Source: Lytechinus pictus (taxonomy: Eukaryota). Taken from it: a stretch of DNA of 64,000 nt. The notes under the pieces are model-generated. The model saw nothing but the letters and a program-made list of their open reading frames with translations, was not told the DNA's origin and did not search any database. A program made the position numbers and the translations under genes. Below, piece after piece: positions 23,476-38,106 of this stretch (position 1 is its first letter; each line of letters opens with the position of its first letter). The stretch is from assembly GCF_037042905.1 (NCBI RefSeq), contig NC_087263.1, positions 11,782,001 to 11,846,000 of the forward strand, in the 5' to 3' direction.

Positions 23476-24879
23476 ATAATTTAACCAGAAAAAACTAAAT
23501 TAATACAGATGAATATTTAATGACATCTCTTTCCCAAGTTACCTATTTCTTCCTTCTTTTTTTTGTTTTTTCGCAGTCCAAAGTATTCCTAACAACATAT
23601 GATCCGACCGACTTAATATCCATCTTTTCTCGCCTCTTTTTTTCATCCAAATAGATTACCTTTCAAAAACGCAAACGGTCATTTCTTTTTGGCCACGAAG
23701 CCTTGCACATCTTCATGGCCTAGACACTGTTCCCTTCAACATCCACGTAATTACTCAATTTTGAATTTTGATAGCCCACCCCCCCCCCAAAAAAAAAAAT
23801 GAGATAAAGGGAAAACATAATATTCAACTCGATCTTCTTCATTGATTAATAGAAAACCCTATCGATCATCCTATAAATTGCTATTTATGCTAAAGCATAA
23901 TTTAATCATTCGTGTATTAATTGAATTTGTCTTTGCACTCAAGGGGTTCATATAAGGGAGTTAATTACACAGATGGACAGTTCTTATTAATAAATTATTG
24001 ATTGGCTAAATATTCTCATCTTTAGCCACTTGTTATATCAATGCTGAATAAAACAAATTGCATGGATAACAAAAAGCGAAACATCATGCACAAAATGTCA
24101 AAGAAATTGAAATATTATAAGAAGGTTTTTTCTTTTTTTTTGGTGGGGGAGGGGGGTCTTAATTTAAGGAAAAATCGGACCAAATGAAGCAACAATAAAG
24201 TGATTAAACTGAATAAATGGCGCCACATGAATGACATTGCAAATGCAACGAACGAGTCACGTGATGGCGGACTGTTGACCAATCATAGACTAGGAATTCT
24301 GAACAGGCTGCCGTTACAACAAGCGCATCACCCGCGGCCGTGAACGAAGGCACAAATCCAAGTAATCCCGTAATGGCCCGCACTCAATATACAAGGGCTC
24401 TTCTTGGTCTTTTCTGAAGGTCTTTGGAGTTTAATATGGGTTTGACAGATTAATGAGCTAAAGGATTGTTGGCAATGAAGTGGAGATTCCCAGGGGGCTT
24501 GTTGAAGCATGTCATGGCGGTTCAAACTATTATAGTAAAGCAACTGACAAGCTTAGGCATATCTTAATGGTCAAAGCACCAGCATATTTCATAACCTTGT
24601 AGGTCAAATATTAATAAGTCGCCCATTAAGGATAAGATACCAGGGCCTGGCTTCGTATTGCGTGTAATTAAATCGGCGGTTTTCCCCAAAGGGCTTTAGC
24701 GGAAATTGGGAAAATCCTCTTAAAACAACAATGCGAATGGCAAGGTATTATAGTGGTATCATTTTCATCTTTTGATAGATAAGATGCAGGGTAAGTAAGC
24801 CTTATGATTCGAAAAAGGAGAAAATGCCGAGAAAATGCAAAAAAGGGAGAAAAAATGACAGGTATGACAGAAAGATGTA

Positions 24880-25099
24880 CACTGTTAAAAATGATTTAAA
24901 CAACTCTGTTTACTATGTGAATCGCATAGTAGTTGTTTAAATATTTTAAACAAGTGTTTAAAATCTAAACAACAAAGTTTAAATTCAAATCAATAATTTA
25001 AGCATGGTTGTTTAAGATCTTAAAAACTTGTTTAAACTGTTTAAACAACTACTGTGCGATTCACATAATAAACTGCGTTGTTTAAATTATGTTTAACTG
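24880..25099. mobile_element. Palindromic MITE (copies at ~55193-55322 partial and ~56660-56868)
   Basis: gtttactatgtgaatcgcatagtagttgtttaaa / tttaaacaactactgtgcgattcacataataaac arms, TA flanks. Confidence 0.8.
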
Positions 25100-25269
25100 T
25101 AGAGAAAGAGAGAGGTTTTTGTTTGTGTGGAGCAATGGGACACAAAGGCATTTGTGGAAAGTTGCTCAAGGTTTGTGCTTGGCAACTAGCAACTTAATTC
25201 CACACTCTTTTTCAGGAATCCCTTGATTAAAATTATGTCTCAAAGTCGGCTATTGTTATTCAAGCAGCG

Positions 25270-26480
25270 AAATCACCTAAAGCTTCCCAAAGGCAAAAGA
25301 CTTCTCAGACCAATAGCTCTCACTTCGCAGTTAATGAAAAGTTTTGAAAGAATCTTATTGAAATACTTGTTCCCTAGCGTGTTATAAGATATTGATGTAA
25401 TGCACTTTGCTTACCAGTGTGTAAATGATGCGGTACTTTCACTTCCACATTTTGTCTTGCAACATATTTATAAAGCTGCTTGTTATGGAAGGATATTATT
25501 CATAGATTTCCCTTCCGCTTTCAACACGATTCAAACATATTTTGGTTGATAAGCTTATCAACCAAAATAAGACTCCGAATCGTGTTGAAAGACTATATAC
25601 TGAATGTTACGCCCTCTGGTTTTGTGGATACAAAATATTCTGTTAAATAAAACATCAGATTGTATCACAGTCAATACCGGATTACCACAGGGGTGTATCT
25701 TATCGACACCTCTGTTTATTATTCATACGAATGACTGTAAAGCGACAAAAGATGATGTTTTAAGATTGTGAAATATGCTGACGACACAGCGATACTAGGT
25801 CTTATAAAGTAGTGATGAAGCCAATTACAGATATGAAGTAAATACATTCGTAGAATGGTGTTAAGGTAATTTTCTACTGCTTAATACATCTATAACAAAA
25901 GAAACTATTTTTTAATTTCACAACTTCCTCACAAGACTTATTACCCATCACTATGAAAGAAGAAAATATTGAAGTACTTGAATTATATAAGTATATAGGT
26001 ACTGCATGTAATCGATAACAAGTTTTCTAGGAATGACCAATGCAAGTCTGTTCTATCAAAGGCTGTACAACGTATGTATTTCCTCAGGAAAATTAAATAA
26101 TTTAATGTAGATATGACTATCTTTACTTTGTTTTACCAATCTTTCATCGAGAGCATTATATGAATTAGTTGTGTTGTCTCTTAGGGGGTTGTCGAAATTG
26201 AGAGAATCACCAAACAAGCAGGAAAGATCACCGGCCAAACCCAAAATTTAAATGATGCATGCAAAACAAAAATTGTACTAGAAATACGAAAATCACCCAC
26301 TCTTTTCATGCGACTTCGGTCACTGAACTGTCGCACTCAACGTTTCCTAAATTCCCTCGTTCCCCTCTCCATCCGCACCGTGATACAATTAGCTTACCAC
26401 CATGACCACCCGAATTTTCTTTTCTGATATTTTCTACCGGGCAATCTTCTTCAAAGTAGGTTATTACTAGGGCTTTTCCC
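25270..26480 (+). mobile_element. Decayed non-LTR retrotransposon RT region, Rex1/Babar-like
   Basis: RPIALTS..MKSFER, FAY, LFIDFPSAFNTI, TGLPQGCILS, TNDC, KYADDTAILGL, QRMYFLRKL motifs, with stops and frameshifts. Confidence 0.88.
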
Positions 26481-27684
26481 CCGAGGTGCATGGTCCCAAG
26501 TGTTTTCGTTTTTCTTTAAAAGAACAAAAGGGGTTTTGATATAGTTAATCCCATCATACTTTTACGGGTTGGCGATGTCCCAACTTCTCCCCCACTCCCC
26601 TTCCTCACCAGCTCGGCAAAGCCCTAGTGTTATGCCGGAATTCATCCGCTTGACAGTGAAAACTAGACCACGTCCGAGGATGACTCGTAGATACGATGAT
26701 TGAAGCCTGAAAAGCTTGACGTGCTGAATGGGATGTCCCATCCAATTTGACGGGAGACACTCCCGGTGAAAGTCGTGGCTTGATTGGTATTTAATATAAA
26801 GAGGGCTTGCTATTGCACGTTCAAATCCCGTGTTCCGAGCCGGAGGGGGGGGGGGCATCAAAGTATTTCTACGAAGATTTTCAAAACAAAACCTCATAGT
26901 GTTAGCCCTGTCACTTTTACCTCTGGATGTGCTGTTAAGATTATTTTGTTTTGGGATCTTCAAAGGATAACATGAGGAACCATTTCTACAACAAACATGT
27001 CATACTCATGACAACTTGTGTCAAGAGCACCCCCCCCCCCCAAAAAAAAAAAAAAAAAAACATAATAATAATGACAAAATAATATAAATTGAATAACATG
27101 AATAGATAAATAAAATAAAATTTAAAAAATGAATAAAATAAGAAAAACAAATAAAGTTAAATAAAATTTCAGGACCTGGGGGATGAGAGAAGGAAAAGAC
27201 AACAACAGGAAATGTGAATATTTTTAGATATGTCAAAAATCTATTAATACAAAAGAATCCTTCATTTTAACAATATCAAAACCTAAAACATTCAAAGTTG
27301 GCAATTTCCTATCGTTATTTCAATTGAATTTTGACGGTGCTGCTTGTTTAATTTAAAATAATTTCGAATTCAACTTCGGTATAGCGGATAACTCTTACAA
27401 AGCTACACATACTTTACAATACGTACCGTTATTTGCTCTTTGTATACTCTGTACACCTTTTCTGCAACCTTTGCAAAATTATTCATGGGAGCTGAGTTTT
27501 AACTCGGTGTGAACGAAAATGATGTGTTAATTATATTTTCTTTGTAAAGGTGGAGGGCTCCGTTGTAAAGAAGTTTTTTTTATAACTGAACCGGATTACC
27601 CTCCGTCTTATTTTATCAAATGTTACAAATAAAACATGAATGAATAAATTAAATAAATAATTTTAGAACAATGAAATTCGTTTA

Positions 27685-28030
27685 TTTTGTTTTCTCTCTA
27701 CTCAGTTTTTTAATGATCGTCTTCTTTTTCCTCCTCTTTTTCTTCTTATTCGTCTTCGTCTCCTTCTTCTTCCTCTACACCTCCTTCTTCTTTAGTTTCT
27801 TCTTCTTTCTCCTTTCTTCTTCACCACCTCCTCATCCTCCTTCTTCTTCTTCTTCCCCTCCTCCTCTTACTTCTTCTTCGCCTCCCCCTCCTCTTTCTTC
27901 TTATTCAACCTTTATCTTCTCTTAATGCTTCTTCTTTCTCTTCTTCTTCACCTCCTCCTCCTTTTCTCCGTGTTTTCACCTTCTTTATTCTTCGTTTTCT
28001 CCTTCTATCATATTCCTTTTCGTTTTTTTC
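27685..28030 (+). repeat. Pyrimidine-rich (TTC/CCT) low-complexity tract
   Basis: Direct inspection. Confidence 0.85.
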
Positions 28031-29502
28031 ATCAGCATCCCTTTCTCGTCCTTCCCTTTGACTCCATCTACATTTCTTTCACAACCTCTCATCATACCAT
28101 TGATGCAGTCATCTGTGTTTTGTGCTATGCCAATTGGCGGCACCCTAGCATCGTAGACACCTCGTAAACGTAACATGCTATCAACGGAACGATAAACATT
28201 AAAAAAGATGTAATATATATCTGAGGAGGACTGTTCCTTTCCGCCGGCTTTCGCATTGAATGTGATAGTTTTCAATTAACGGGATTGAGTGTTGCAGACA
28301 AGGCATAACCAACGCGGAAACAGTATTATTGAAGCTGAATGTGTCACTCATCTTCATCACCATCACGGTAATGTCCCCTCACTGCATGGCGCATGCACTT
28401 TCATTATGCTCATCGCCTCGGCTCATTGAACATAATAAATCGAAGCACCGCTGATTGCAATGTTCATCGTTACTTTTATGCAATAATACAAGGTCAAAGG
28501 TCAATTTAATGTAAATGAGTGGTGTAGTTGATAAAATAATTTGATGGAATCGTTCTTCAAAGTATTGATGGTTTTAAAAAAAAAGTGTGTTTGCCAAAAT
28601 TGTAGCAAGGTATTACATAAACATGTATACATTTCAAATCGAAGTAGGCCTGAAAGGGGGGAGTGAACTGGTTGTGGTCTCTCATTGAGTGTGTTATAAA
28701 TACATAGTCTTAAAATATACGATTGTAGGTGTCTACTAATACTACAGAGATTAAATTGACCTATAGAGAGACTAAAATGTTGAGAGGAAAAGTAATTGTT
28801 TTGCTACGTGGTAACATAATTATTGCGGTATAAATGCATTGATGGGTTAATTAGCATGTTATCATTCAAGTGGGTCTATATAACTGGACTACACAAGCCT
28901 GATGGGTCAAGAAACTGGCCAGGTATGAGTAGTTGAGGACTCGAGATGGCGCTATTGGTTTGTGTCTGCTTTAAGCTTCTACACTGAAACCAATGAAACC
29001 GACTTTTAAACGAACTGATTGGTAATAACTTTCAATTCAATTCAAAATTTATTTCAATCAGCCAATCATAAAAATACAGTTATATACAAATTAGATAAAA
29101 ACATGGGATTGGGAGCCCCTGGAAGTTTTCATATAAAAAAACACTTGTGGTTGGGGCATTTTCAATAAATTTACTTTTTTCTTAGCTATCAACAACAACA
29201 CAAAAGAACGCAGAAACATTTCGAGAAACAAGCTTATCGGAACAAAAAATCAGAAATTGTCAATGTCAGAGCTAGCTTGCCCCTGATTCAGATTTTTCAA
29301 GGGATGTGATGTTGGCCAATGTCCGAGCAAAACTCGTCATGACAGAGCGTTATTCTTCGGGGTGAAGAGAATAATTCTACTTTCGGCATGTTTGTCATGT
29401 CGGCATGGGGAGGCGGAAAGAAAAGTGGAAGTGCGTGTAGATCCGGCGGCAACATATGACAAATAGGGGGTTTTCGCCACCGGTCGCGACGCATAACGGA
29501 TT

Positions 29503-30390
29503 CTAGAAAAGGGTAAATTTATTGAAAATGTTCGTCAAATGACAGAGTACAACTTGGAGGTCTTTGTCGAAAAATTGAGGCCCAGAACAACGCTTTCGTC
29601 CTTAGTTTTGGAGCTGACGAGAAATTTCAAATAATTGTGTCGTTTGTCCAGAGTCCAGGACGAAATTTTCTGTTTTTGATTTACCAATTTCCTACAAAGA
29701 TTGGATTTTCATCGTTATGAAGGGCATTTTACAATACATATTCGAAGTACTTGAATCTGTCGTGCGTCGTGGAGCAAAAAAGGTCCTTATTGTCAATGGT
29801 AAATTGCCAGTTCGTCTACAGCCAACTCGTCCATTCTCCACATGGTCTATTTTCATTTAGTCTAATGCCATTCCGTCCATCAACAATTCGACTAATAACC
29901 ATTTGGTCCATTAACCATTAGGTCACAATCATCACTTCGTCTAATCACCATTTCGTCTATGATGATTTCGTCTCATAACCAGTGCGTCTAATAGAAAAGG
30001 GTAAATTTATTAAAAATGTTCGTCAAATGACAGAATACTACTTGGAGGTCTTTGTCGAAAATTTGAGGCCCAGAACAACGCTTTCGTCCTTAGTTTTGGA
30101 GCTGACGAGAAATTTCAAATAATTGTGTCGTTTGTTTAGAGTCCAGGACGAAATTTTCTGTTTTTGATTTACCAATTTCCTACAAAGATTGGATTTTCAT
30201 CGTTATGAAGCAAAAAAATTCCTTATTATCAATGGTAAATTGCCAGTTCGTCTACAGCCAACTCGTCCATTCTCCACAAGGTCTATTTTCATTTAGTCTA
30301 ATGCCATTCCGTCCATCAATGATTCGACTAATAACCATTTGGTCCAATCATCACTTCGTCTAATCACCATTTCGTCTCATAATCAGTTGG
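29503..30390 (+). repeat. Tandem duplication, unit ~489 bp, spanning two different repeat elements
   Basis: tagaaaagggtaaatttatt.aaaatgttcgtcaaatgacaga starts at both 29503 and 29992. The second copy has internal deletions. Confidence 0.9.
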
Positions 30391-30622
30391 TTTAATATCC
30401 ATTTCATTTTCATTCATTTTACATGATTAACACTTTAGTCCAATTAGACCAAATGGTACATGGACTAAATAGCTATTGGACCAACTGGTTATTAGACGGA
30501 ATGGCATTAGACTAAATGAAAGTAGACCATGTGGTGAGTGGACGAAGTGATGGTAAACCAAATGATAGTAGACCAGTTGACAATTGGACGAATTGGCATT
30601 AGGCGAATTGAAAATAAACCAT
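30233..30622. mobile_element. Foldback/MITE family, full copy
   Basis: Same sequence as 2698-3090. Confidence 0.8.
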
Positions 30623-33102
30623 TGTCAATGACGGGGAATTCGGTCAAGATATGTATGAAGGGAGGGGGAAGTTTGGGCAAAGGTAAGAGGACAATTTTGA
30701 AAATCTTGAGCGAGTAAAGCGACCAAACACAATGATCTGTTGCAAATGTTGCAACAGATCCAGCAAATAATGTCTCCAAGAGGGAGAGAGCAGACCGTTT
30801 TTCTTATTCTTAATTTCAAATTGTCTTCAGCCATTATAATTGTTAAAGCGAACAATATGACTATTTTTAACTTTGAATTTAATATTATGGTATTTTTTAT
30901 GAAGAAAACATGTTTAAAGGATGCATGATATCATATTCATTTGAAAAAAAAATAATGATAATAACATTCACTCATGTTAGCCTCCGGGACGCATCTAAAA
31001 TAGATGCCGGAGTTATGATAGCATTAATCACTGATCTGAAACGAAGACAATATGATTGAGGGTAATTTTGTTTGGTTTCATATACCGGCAGGGGCAAGTG
31101 ATTCACGTCCCTTTTCCTTTTCGACGTCCCTAGCCCTCAATCATATCTCGGCGAGGCAATCAATCACCGGTTCGTTATGGGGTACGACGTCGGTATCCTA
31201 CCATTGTCCTTTCCCTCCGTATCTGGGAGGCGATCAATCTTCCATATAGGGACACGATAAAATAACGGAATATAAATCTCACACCATTACACATCGGGTA
31301 ATGACCCTCCATTGGTCTGCGGAAAAGTTCGATATAACAAGAGAGAGAAAGAAGGAGAATAAGAGGGAGAGAGAGAGAAAAGCGCGATGAAGCCAGAGAA
31401 ATCAATCAACGCTTATCTCATCCTGAGCTTCGGAGCGGCAACTGGAAATAGGACAGGGGTAAAGGGAGGGGTGGGAGGTGCCTGGATGGCCGGGGGTGGG
31501 GTGTGGAAGGGATGACGGGGCGTAATATGTTCATAATTTTTGAAGGGGAACACCGATGCGTACGGGGACAATTGAAAATCTTGAGCGAGTAAAATGACCA
31601 AACACAATGATCTGTTGTAACAGATTGTAACATAATATCCAGCAAATAATGTCCAAATTCACCCATTCCCTTATGTTTTTTGTCGTTCCTGTACCCTTTA
31701 TTTATCTTTCTTATCGCTATCAAGTACTTTTATTTTCTCCTGTGAGGGGTGCCCTCACTCCACACTCATCTACACAAATGTAGGTGGAAGACTTGAAAAC
31801 CTAAAAGCAGAGGAAATCTACAGCAAGGTGGATGGATAACGGCGGTGCGTGCGTGTGTGTGAGATAAAAAAAATGAAAAAAAAATCCTGTATTGGGACGT
31901 ACATATATTCAAATTATGGGCACGCGCTAAATCATAGTCACACCCCCTCCACAAAAAAGGAAACAAAAGAAAAAGAGTGGATGGGAGGAGAGAGAGAGAG
32001 AGAGGGAGGGGGGAGAAAATTGTGAACTCAATGGCAGGATAGTAAGGGAATAAAACACTGGCATACACACGCACGCCCGAACAGACCCACGCACACACAC
32101 ATTAGGCTACACACTCGATTCCAACACCAGCAAAAAATGACAAAATAATAACACTTCTAATTCTGTTTTACCAAAATCATATCAAAGTTTATTCATATTT
32201 TCATTTTTTTCTCCAAAAACAAAGCTTATCCAGTGGTTCCTTCTGAAGCAAATGTACGGAACACTTTTTTAATTTTCTTTTCATAAAGAATAATCATGAA
32301 ATATTCAACCAATTTCTTACATAATAACGTACCTCGAGCCACTGTTCATAGCAAAATATTAGCAAACAAAATAAACAAAGAAGGTCGGCATGATCGGGGT
32401 ACAATATCATACATGAATTCAGCAACGCACACCTTACGATTGGTCTACGACCCGAGTTTTTTAATGACACCTACAAAAAAATAAGGTTGAAACATGGAAC
32501 ATCCTTCTATGCACTTTTCTGAATCACCAGATAAACTATTAACATGATTAAGTGGACATTTGATTCCTCCACATAGAAGGTAGAAATTAATTCGTATCGA
32601 TCGTAGATTTGAAACAATTTGAGACCACCTGGTCATAATACCGAATTAGTAGCTTGGAAATAATCATAATCAAAACAGTGATATAAGAATACTGATAATC
32701 TGAATCTTACATCAACTCAATCTATTATTAGAAGATATGCGACTGAAAGCCGTTTCTTCCGCAATCGGCTAGTAGGTAAGTCGTAAAGTGTACTGCGGTA
32801 ATAAGGACCACGTAAGTCCAAGATATACATATGTGCAACTGGTACAACTTTATCCAACATGTACATATCATAACCCATTCTATCTGCATAGCTCCTGCAG
32901 AATACATCATAAGCGATTCATATTTGGTTATTTCGAATTATTAAGCATCAACAGGCTGAATAATACGCATGTTTAATATTACGTTTCAGAATAATACGTA
33001 TACAAACATATCTAGTCACTGTCAGACAGTTATTCTGCTTTTATTTAACGATATATCTCAATAAAAGCTAATGGTTTTCCTTCTATACATACAGGACTTC
33101 AT

Positions 33103-33232
33103 CTAATAATAATAAAATAGGATTTGTATAGCGCACGTATCCACCTTGCTAGGTGCTGAAGGCGCTCCTACATTACCCCGGCTAACCTAGTCTAACGATT
33201 CCGGTGCGCATAGCTGTTTGAGGAATTACTTA
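33103..33232 (-). mobile_element. SINE/LINE 3' end fragment
   Basis: Minus strand: agccggggtaatgtaggagcgccttcagcacc...gtgcgctatacaaat plus (ATT)n tail. Similar to the tail of the SINE at 47041. Confidence 0.55.
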
Positions 33233-35427
33233 AAAAATAAATATTAACCTAAGAAAAAAAAGAACAAAAACAAAAGCACACTGTAACAAGAATTTCATTG
33301 TTGAATTATAACACAGGATAGAAAGAGCAAAATGCCGATTATTTTAAATTCTCATATCTCAGAAATCTCAGTGGCAGGCAAAAGAAGCAACATCTGAATG
33401 CTCATATTAAAAAGGGGGATTAGGCATTATGCCCCCCCAAAAAAAATTGAATAAATAAATAAAAATAACTAAACAAATGGAACATAAGGCCCTTGGGATT
33501 ATACATATATATATAATATATATAAGGACCTGTGTAATCCACAAAATGTGAAAGTACATCGCGCGTATTACGGAAAAGAGGGATATCATTGTGCAAATTT
33601 AAAGAAAAAAAATCTTCCAATGACTTTTTTTTAAATAAAGATATATCGAGATTATCGTCATAGCAGTTTACTACATCAACAATACAACAAATTTACTATC
33701 AAGATTTATCGATTGCAACGTATTGGAACAACATGAAAACATTCTCTTCGAAATTCAGGGAATATGCCATAAATTATTCACCGCATTTTTCCCGTAAACT
33801 ATGAAGCGTTTTGATTTTCTAAATTGGTTTTGAAGTGATTAATGGTATCACATTAATATCATAAATCACGTTATATTGAGGAAAAGTAATAAAACGGTTT
33901 TGCACATAATTAAGAACAGGCTTGATGTCAACTCTTGTCAATTTTTCTTTTCTAGTTTCTAGTGTTTGTAGTCTTTTCCTCTTTTTTTTTTTTGGGGGGG
34001 GGTGTTCTAAACCAATACTTCAGGTTATCAATCCCACAAATAAAACATTAACATTATTTCACACTGCTATTCTACTCTATAAATATTAGAGAGAACATAG
34101 AGGTTTTCACATTTGCCCTTTTTGTACATGCAATACTAAACAAGATCTTATGCCTCTAATAAATCATTTGAAATAAATCATAATAACACATGCAGCAAGA
34201 TATAGAATTTAGTTTTAATTTTTCTGCCACCAAGGATTCTCTTAAATCCATTAAGAGCTTCAAAATTAAATTGTACTTCTCACTATGATTTATTTTTATA
34301 TAAAGAACATTATCATAAGGGATTAATGGTCAAAACTGTCATAAAACGAATCTCTCTTGTTTTATGTGGAATACAAAATGATATGGAAACCGCCAAAAAA
34401 GAATAAGAAAAATAACACACAAGTAGATTCAAATTCCCCTATAAGATTATTACCATGTACGATTTCCGAAATATCAATATACTTTAAGATGATAGAAATT
34501 TGAAGTTCAAGTTTCAAAACTTATTTAAAACAAATGTTTCCCAAAAATAAAAGAATGTTTTTTATATTAACAACAATAACATCTAATGCAATAAACCAAT
34601 CATAAAAGTAGTAATAATGATAGGCCAGTATAACTAAAAGATATACAATAAAAAAATTGCAGAACATCTACAAATTTTATATCACGAGGCACATCTTTTA
34701 TCCAGCCTTTAGCAAAGACTGAAGTTTTCAGCATAAACTATACTGCCTAGATTTCTACATGTTCTCATGGAAAAGATCACCTACAGTCTCTCAAATCAAC
34801 TGAAGTGAAATCATTATAAACATCCACTTCAATTCGTCTTTTAGATAGATAGTAATTATATGGTCCCCTCAAAAAAAAATTAATAAATACATAAAGAACA
34901 TACATGTAGAGCCCGTAGAGAAATGACAATGCAATTACGTTTTCATAGATAGCATTTTAACCTCAAACACGGCCCTCAATCCCGGCAAAAACTGTTCCCC
35001 AAGGATGCATTCTAGGGCCAATCTTCTTCCTGAACGATTTAATATGGTAATCCTTGTTTTTGTGTGCTGCAATGGGGGATCTGCAAGGATTGGGTGAATT
35101 TTAAATGGCTGGCCAATGGGGTCTGGGTATTGAGAAGCAGAATATACACAAGGATAATGGTAGGAGTCATGGCGAATGGAGGATTAGCGGAAGGGAATAG
35201 TGAGAACGAGATGGTAGGAGATATATCATACTGGAAAAAGGCATAAAAAAATTAAACTTACAGACTAAAGGATGACATTATAGCGGAAGAGGATGGTACG
35301 TGGAAAAGGAAGAGGGCAAAAAGACGGAAAGAAGGAACTAGGGAAGGGGATAGGGAGAGAGAGAGAGAGATGGTAGGAGAGATGATACTGGAAATGGATA
35401 AAGAAATGAGAAACTAAAGGATCGCAT

Positions 35428-35824
35428 TATAGAGCGATCCAATACGAGTCGTACAGGGCATTTAGACAACAATTTCAGGTCTCTTAATTGACTGAATGAG
35501 CATTATCTTTTTTGTGGCAATGACAGAGTTCTAGTGGTTATTCATGATTCTGAAAAAAAAATGATAAGAAACAAAAATTTGTTTAAGGGTGAATTAAAGG
35601 TGAAAATGTTGTGTGTCGTATGGGAAACATAGATGCCCTGTACGACATTTTCACCTCTCATTCACCCATGGACATATTTTTTTTTGTTCTCATTTTTTCA
35701 CAAGACTACCATGTAGCACTTAATTATTACCACAGAACAAATTGAAGTCCCTTGTTTGGACAGTGGGTGAGAAAATGTTGTTAAAAGGGCTGATTTTTCT
35801 AGGAAAGCATGGAATCACCCTATA
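35428..35824. mobile_element. MITE inserted at TA within a short local duplication
   Basis: tatagagcgatcca ... tggaatcaccctata. The uninterrupted paralogous site (acattatagcggaag) is at ~35275. Confidence 0.65.
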
Positions 35825-37456
35825 GAGGAAGATTATACAAGGGAAAGGGAGAATGCAAAACGAAGGAAGAAACAATCTGCGGATGATGTAGAAAGAGGGA
35901 CGAAGGGGGGAAGGATAGCCTCCACTAGGTACAAGAGTACAGGAGGATCAATGATAACAATAAGAGTATCAAGATGAATCTTTTACCGTTTTGAAATATC
36001 TATATTAATTGAATATATTTCATGATAATTTAGGTTGTCCTCAATATCTTTTTTTTTTCTTTATAATTTTGTTACTATTCCTCCTACTTGTGCTACTTAA
36101 TTGTACTTTTCAAAGACATACTTTGCTATTGATTTTGTTTTCTTCTAAATGTGCTATCATTGAATTATAATGTATGCATTTATAATATCTATAAATCTAT
36201 GCATTTTAAGAAATAAATGAAATGAATTGTAAAATTGAAAGCCTCAATAGATATTAAATATTAAATGAGAGATAATTTCATCAATATCAAATAGCCTTCA
36301 TAAGTACTCATCTTACCCAGAACACAATACCAAAAGGGTTCCATTACGTGTTTCATGAATTACAGGTGACTTTATGAATGACTGGTGATCCTTTCTTAAG
36401 CGATAAATCAACATCAAAGATAGTTTGGTGTATATCATTTACCACAAGAAAGGATCCCCAGTGATCCCCAGTGATTTGTAAATCACTAACAACATATGAA
36501 CAGATTTGCATCATTTGAAATATGGTAGGCATAATATGTATGCCCCAAATTGTCTTTACGGCGTTCGTTATTAATGACAAAAACATCAGTGGAAATACAG
36601 TATAATTCAAGGGAGCATTTCATCGACATTTTTGTCTGACAAGTTGTCAGGGTCTGACAACTTTCCTTGATTTTGATTGGCTGAGAAGCACTGTTACTAT
36701 GGTAATTATCAGATAACACAGACTTTGTTGGATAAAACGTCTAACAAGTCCTTCCATTAAAGCAATCCCCAGTTATGAATATTAGGTTTATGACTTATTA
36801 AAAAGTATTAAGAAAAGCCCCAAGCACCATTCTGGTTCATCACAAATTCATGAAACTATGAGCCACACAAAAGTGAGAAAATCAAGCAGCAATGATTTCT
36901 AAGAAGCGAAGAGGGAAAGAAAAATCTTAGATTCTCACATGTATCCCAAAGGAATACAACAAAGGAACATTCACAATAACACTATTATTGCCCAATTTGC
37001 CCAGAGCTGATTTGGATCATATGGGTTAAATTCATTAATGCTAGCAAATGTCAGATTGCCTACAGCAGCATTGTTAATCACATACAATAAACAAAAAACC
37101 TTGAGGTAAAAAGTGCATGTATCACGGACCAGAGTGATTCTGAAAAAAAGGAGGGTAATCATGTTAAAAATAAAGAAGCCAAACTTCATGGGTTTTTTAA
37201 AATATAAATACTGCAGGGCAAGAGGCAATGTCTCCGGAGATACATGCAAATATTCAATGTGAAGAACATCCTATGGTAATATACAAGTCATGTACTTGCC
37301 ACATACATATTATTTGAAATAATATGCAACTGCACGACATGAAGGTGCAAGACATTAGAATCAGCCCTTCAAGCAACATGAATTCAGCCAGTAAGCTGAA
37401 GTGGGTTTGCTGTGATTGCATAAATAAAGAAATGCAACTCCAAAAGTCTGTCTTAA

Positions 37457-38106
37457 AGGTATGCTCCGGGCTGAAAAATATTCATATCTAAATAAATAGA
37501 GTAAAATTCAGAGCAAAATGCTGAAAATTTCATCAAAATCTTATTACAAATAGCCAAGTTATTGAATTTTAAAGTTTAGCAATATATTGTGAAAACAGTT
37601 ATATATGCATGTTGTCATGAATATTCATTAGATGGACTGATGTTACATCTCCACTCTCCTTTTTCTTTTGCTATTAAATGATATCATAATTGTTTCATGC
37701 TTCATACATGTGTGAATGAAACGTCTCCCTTGTAATGAAATAAGTCACAGCAATGAATGTCTAATACACTTAATTAGTTGTTATTCCAAAATTATGGGTT
37801 CTTAAAGGAAAACATTTGAATAAACGTAACCTAACAATAATGAACCTATTTAGTAAACCTAACTTCGTATAACAAAATACAAAAAAAGTGGGGTTAAGGT
37901 GGGGATATGACATCATCAGTTTGCTCATTGAATATTCATGAAGACATGCCTCAAACTGTTTCACTGGAATAATAATTTAATCTTTGAAATACCATAACTT
38001 TGTTATTCCTTGTCCGATTTAGGATTTCAATAAAATTTGTGTGTTTTTTTTGTCTGATTTTTCTTAGTCTCTTCAAATCATATAATTTTCAGCCTGGATT
38101 ACCCCT
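37457..38106. mobile_element. Kolobok-like non-autonomous element (TTAA TSD)
   Basis: ttaa|aggtatgctccgggctgaaaa ... ttttcagcctggattacccct|ttaa. Confidence 0.75.
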
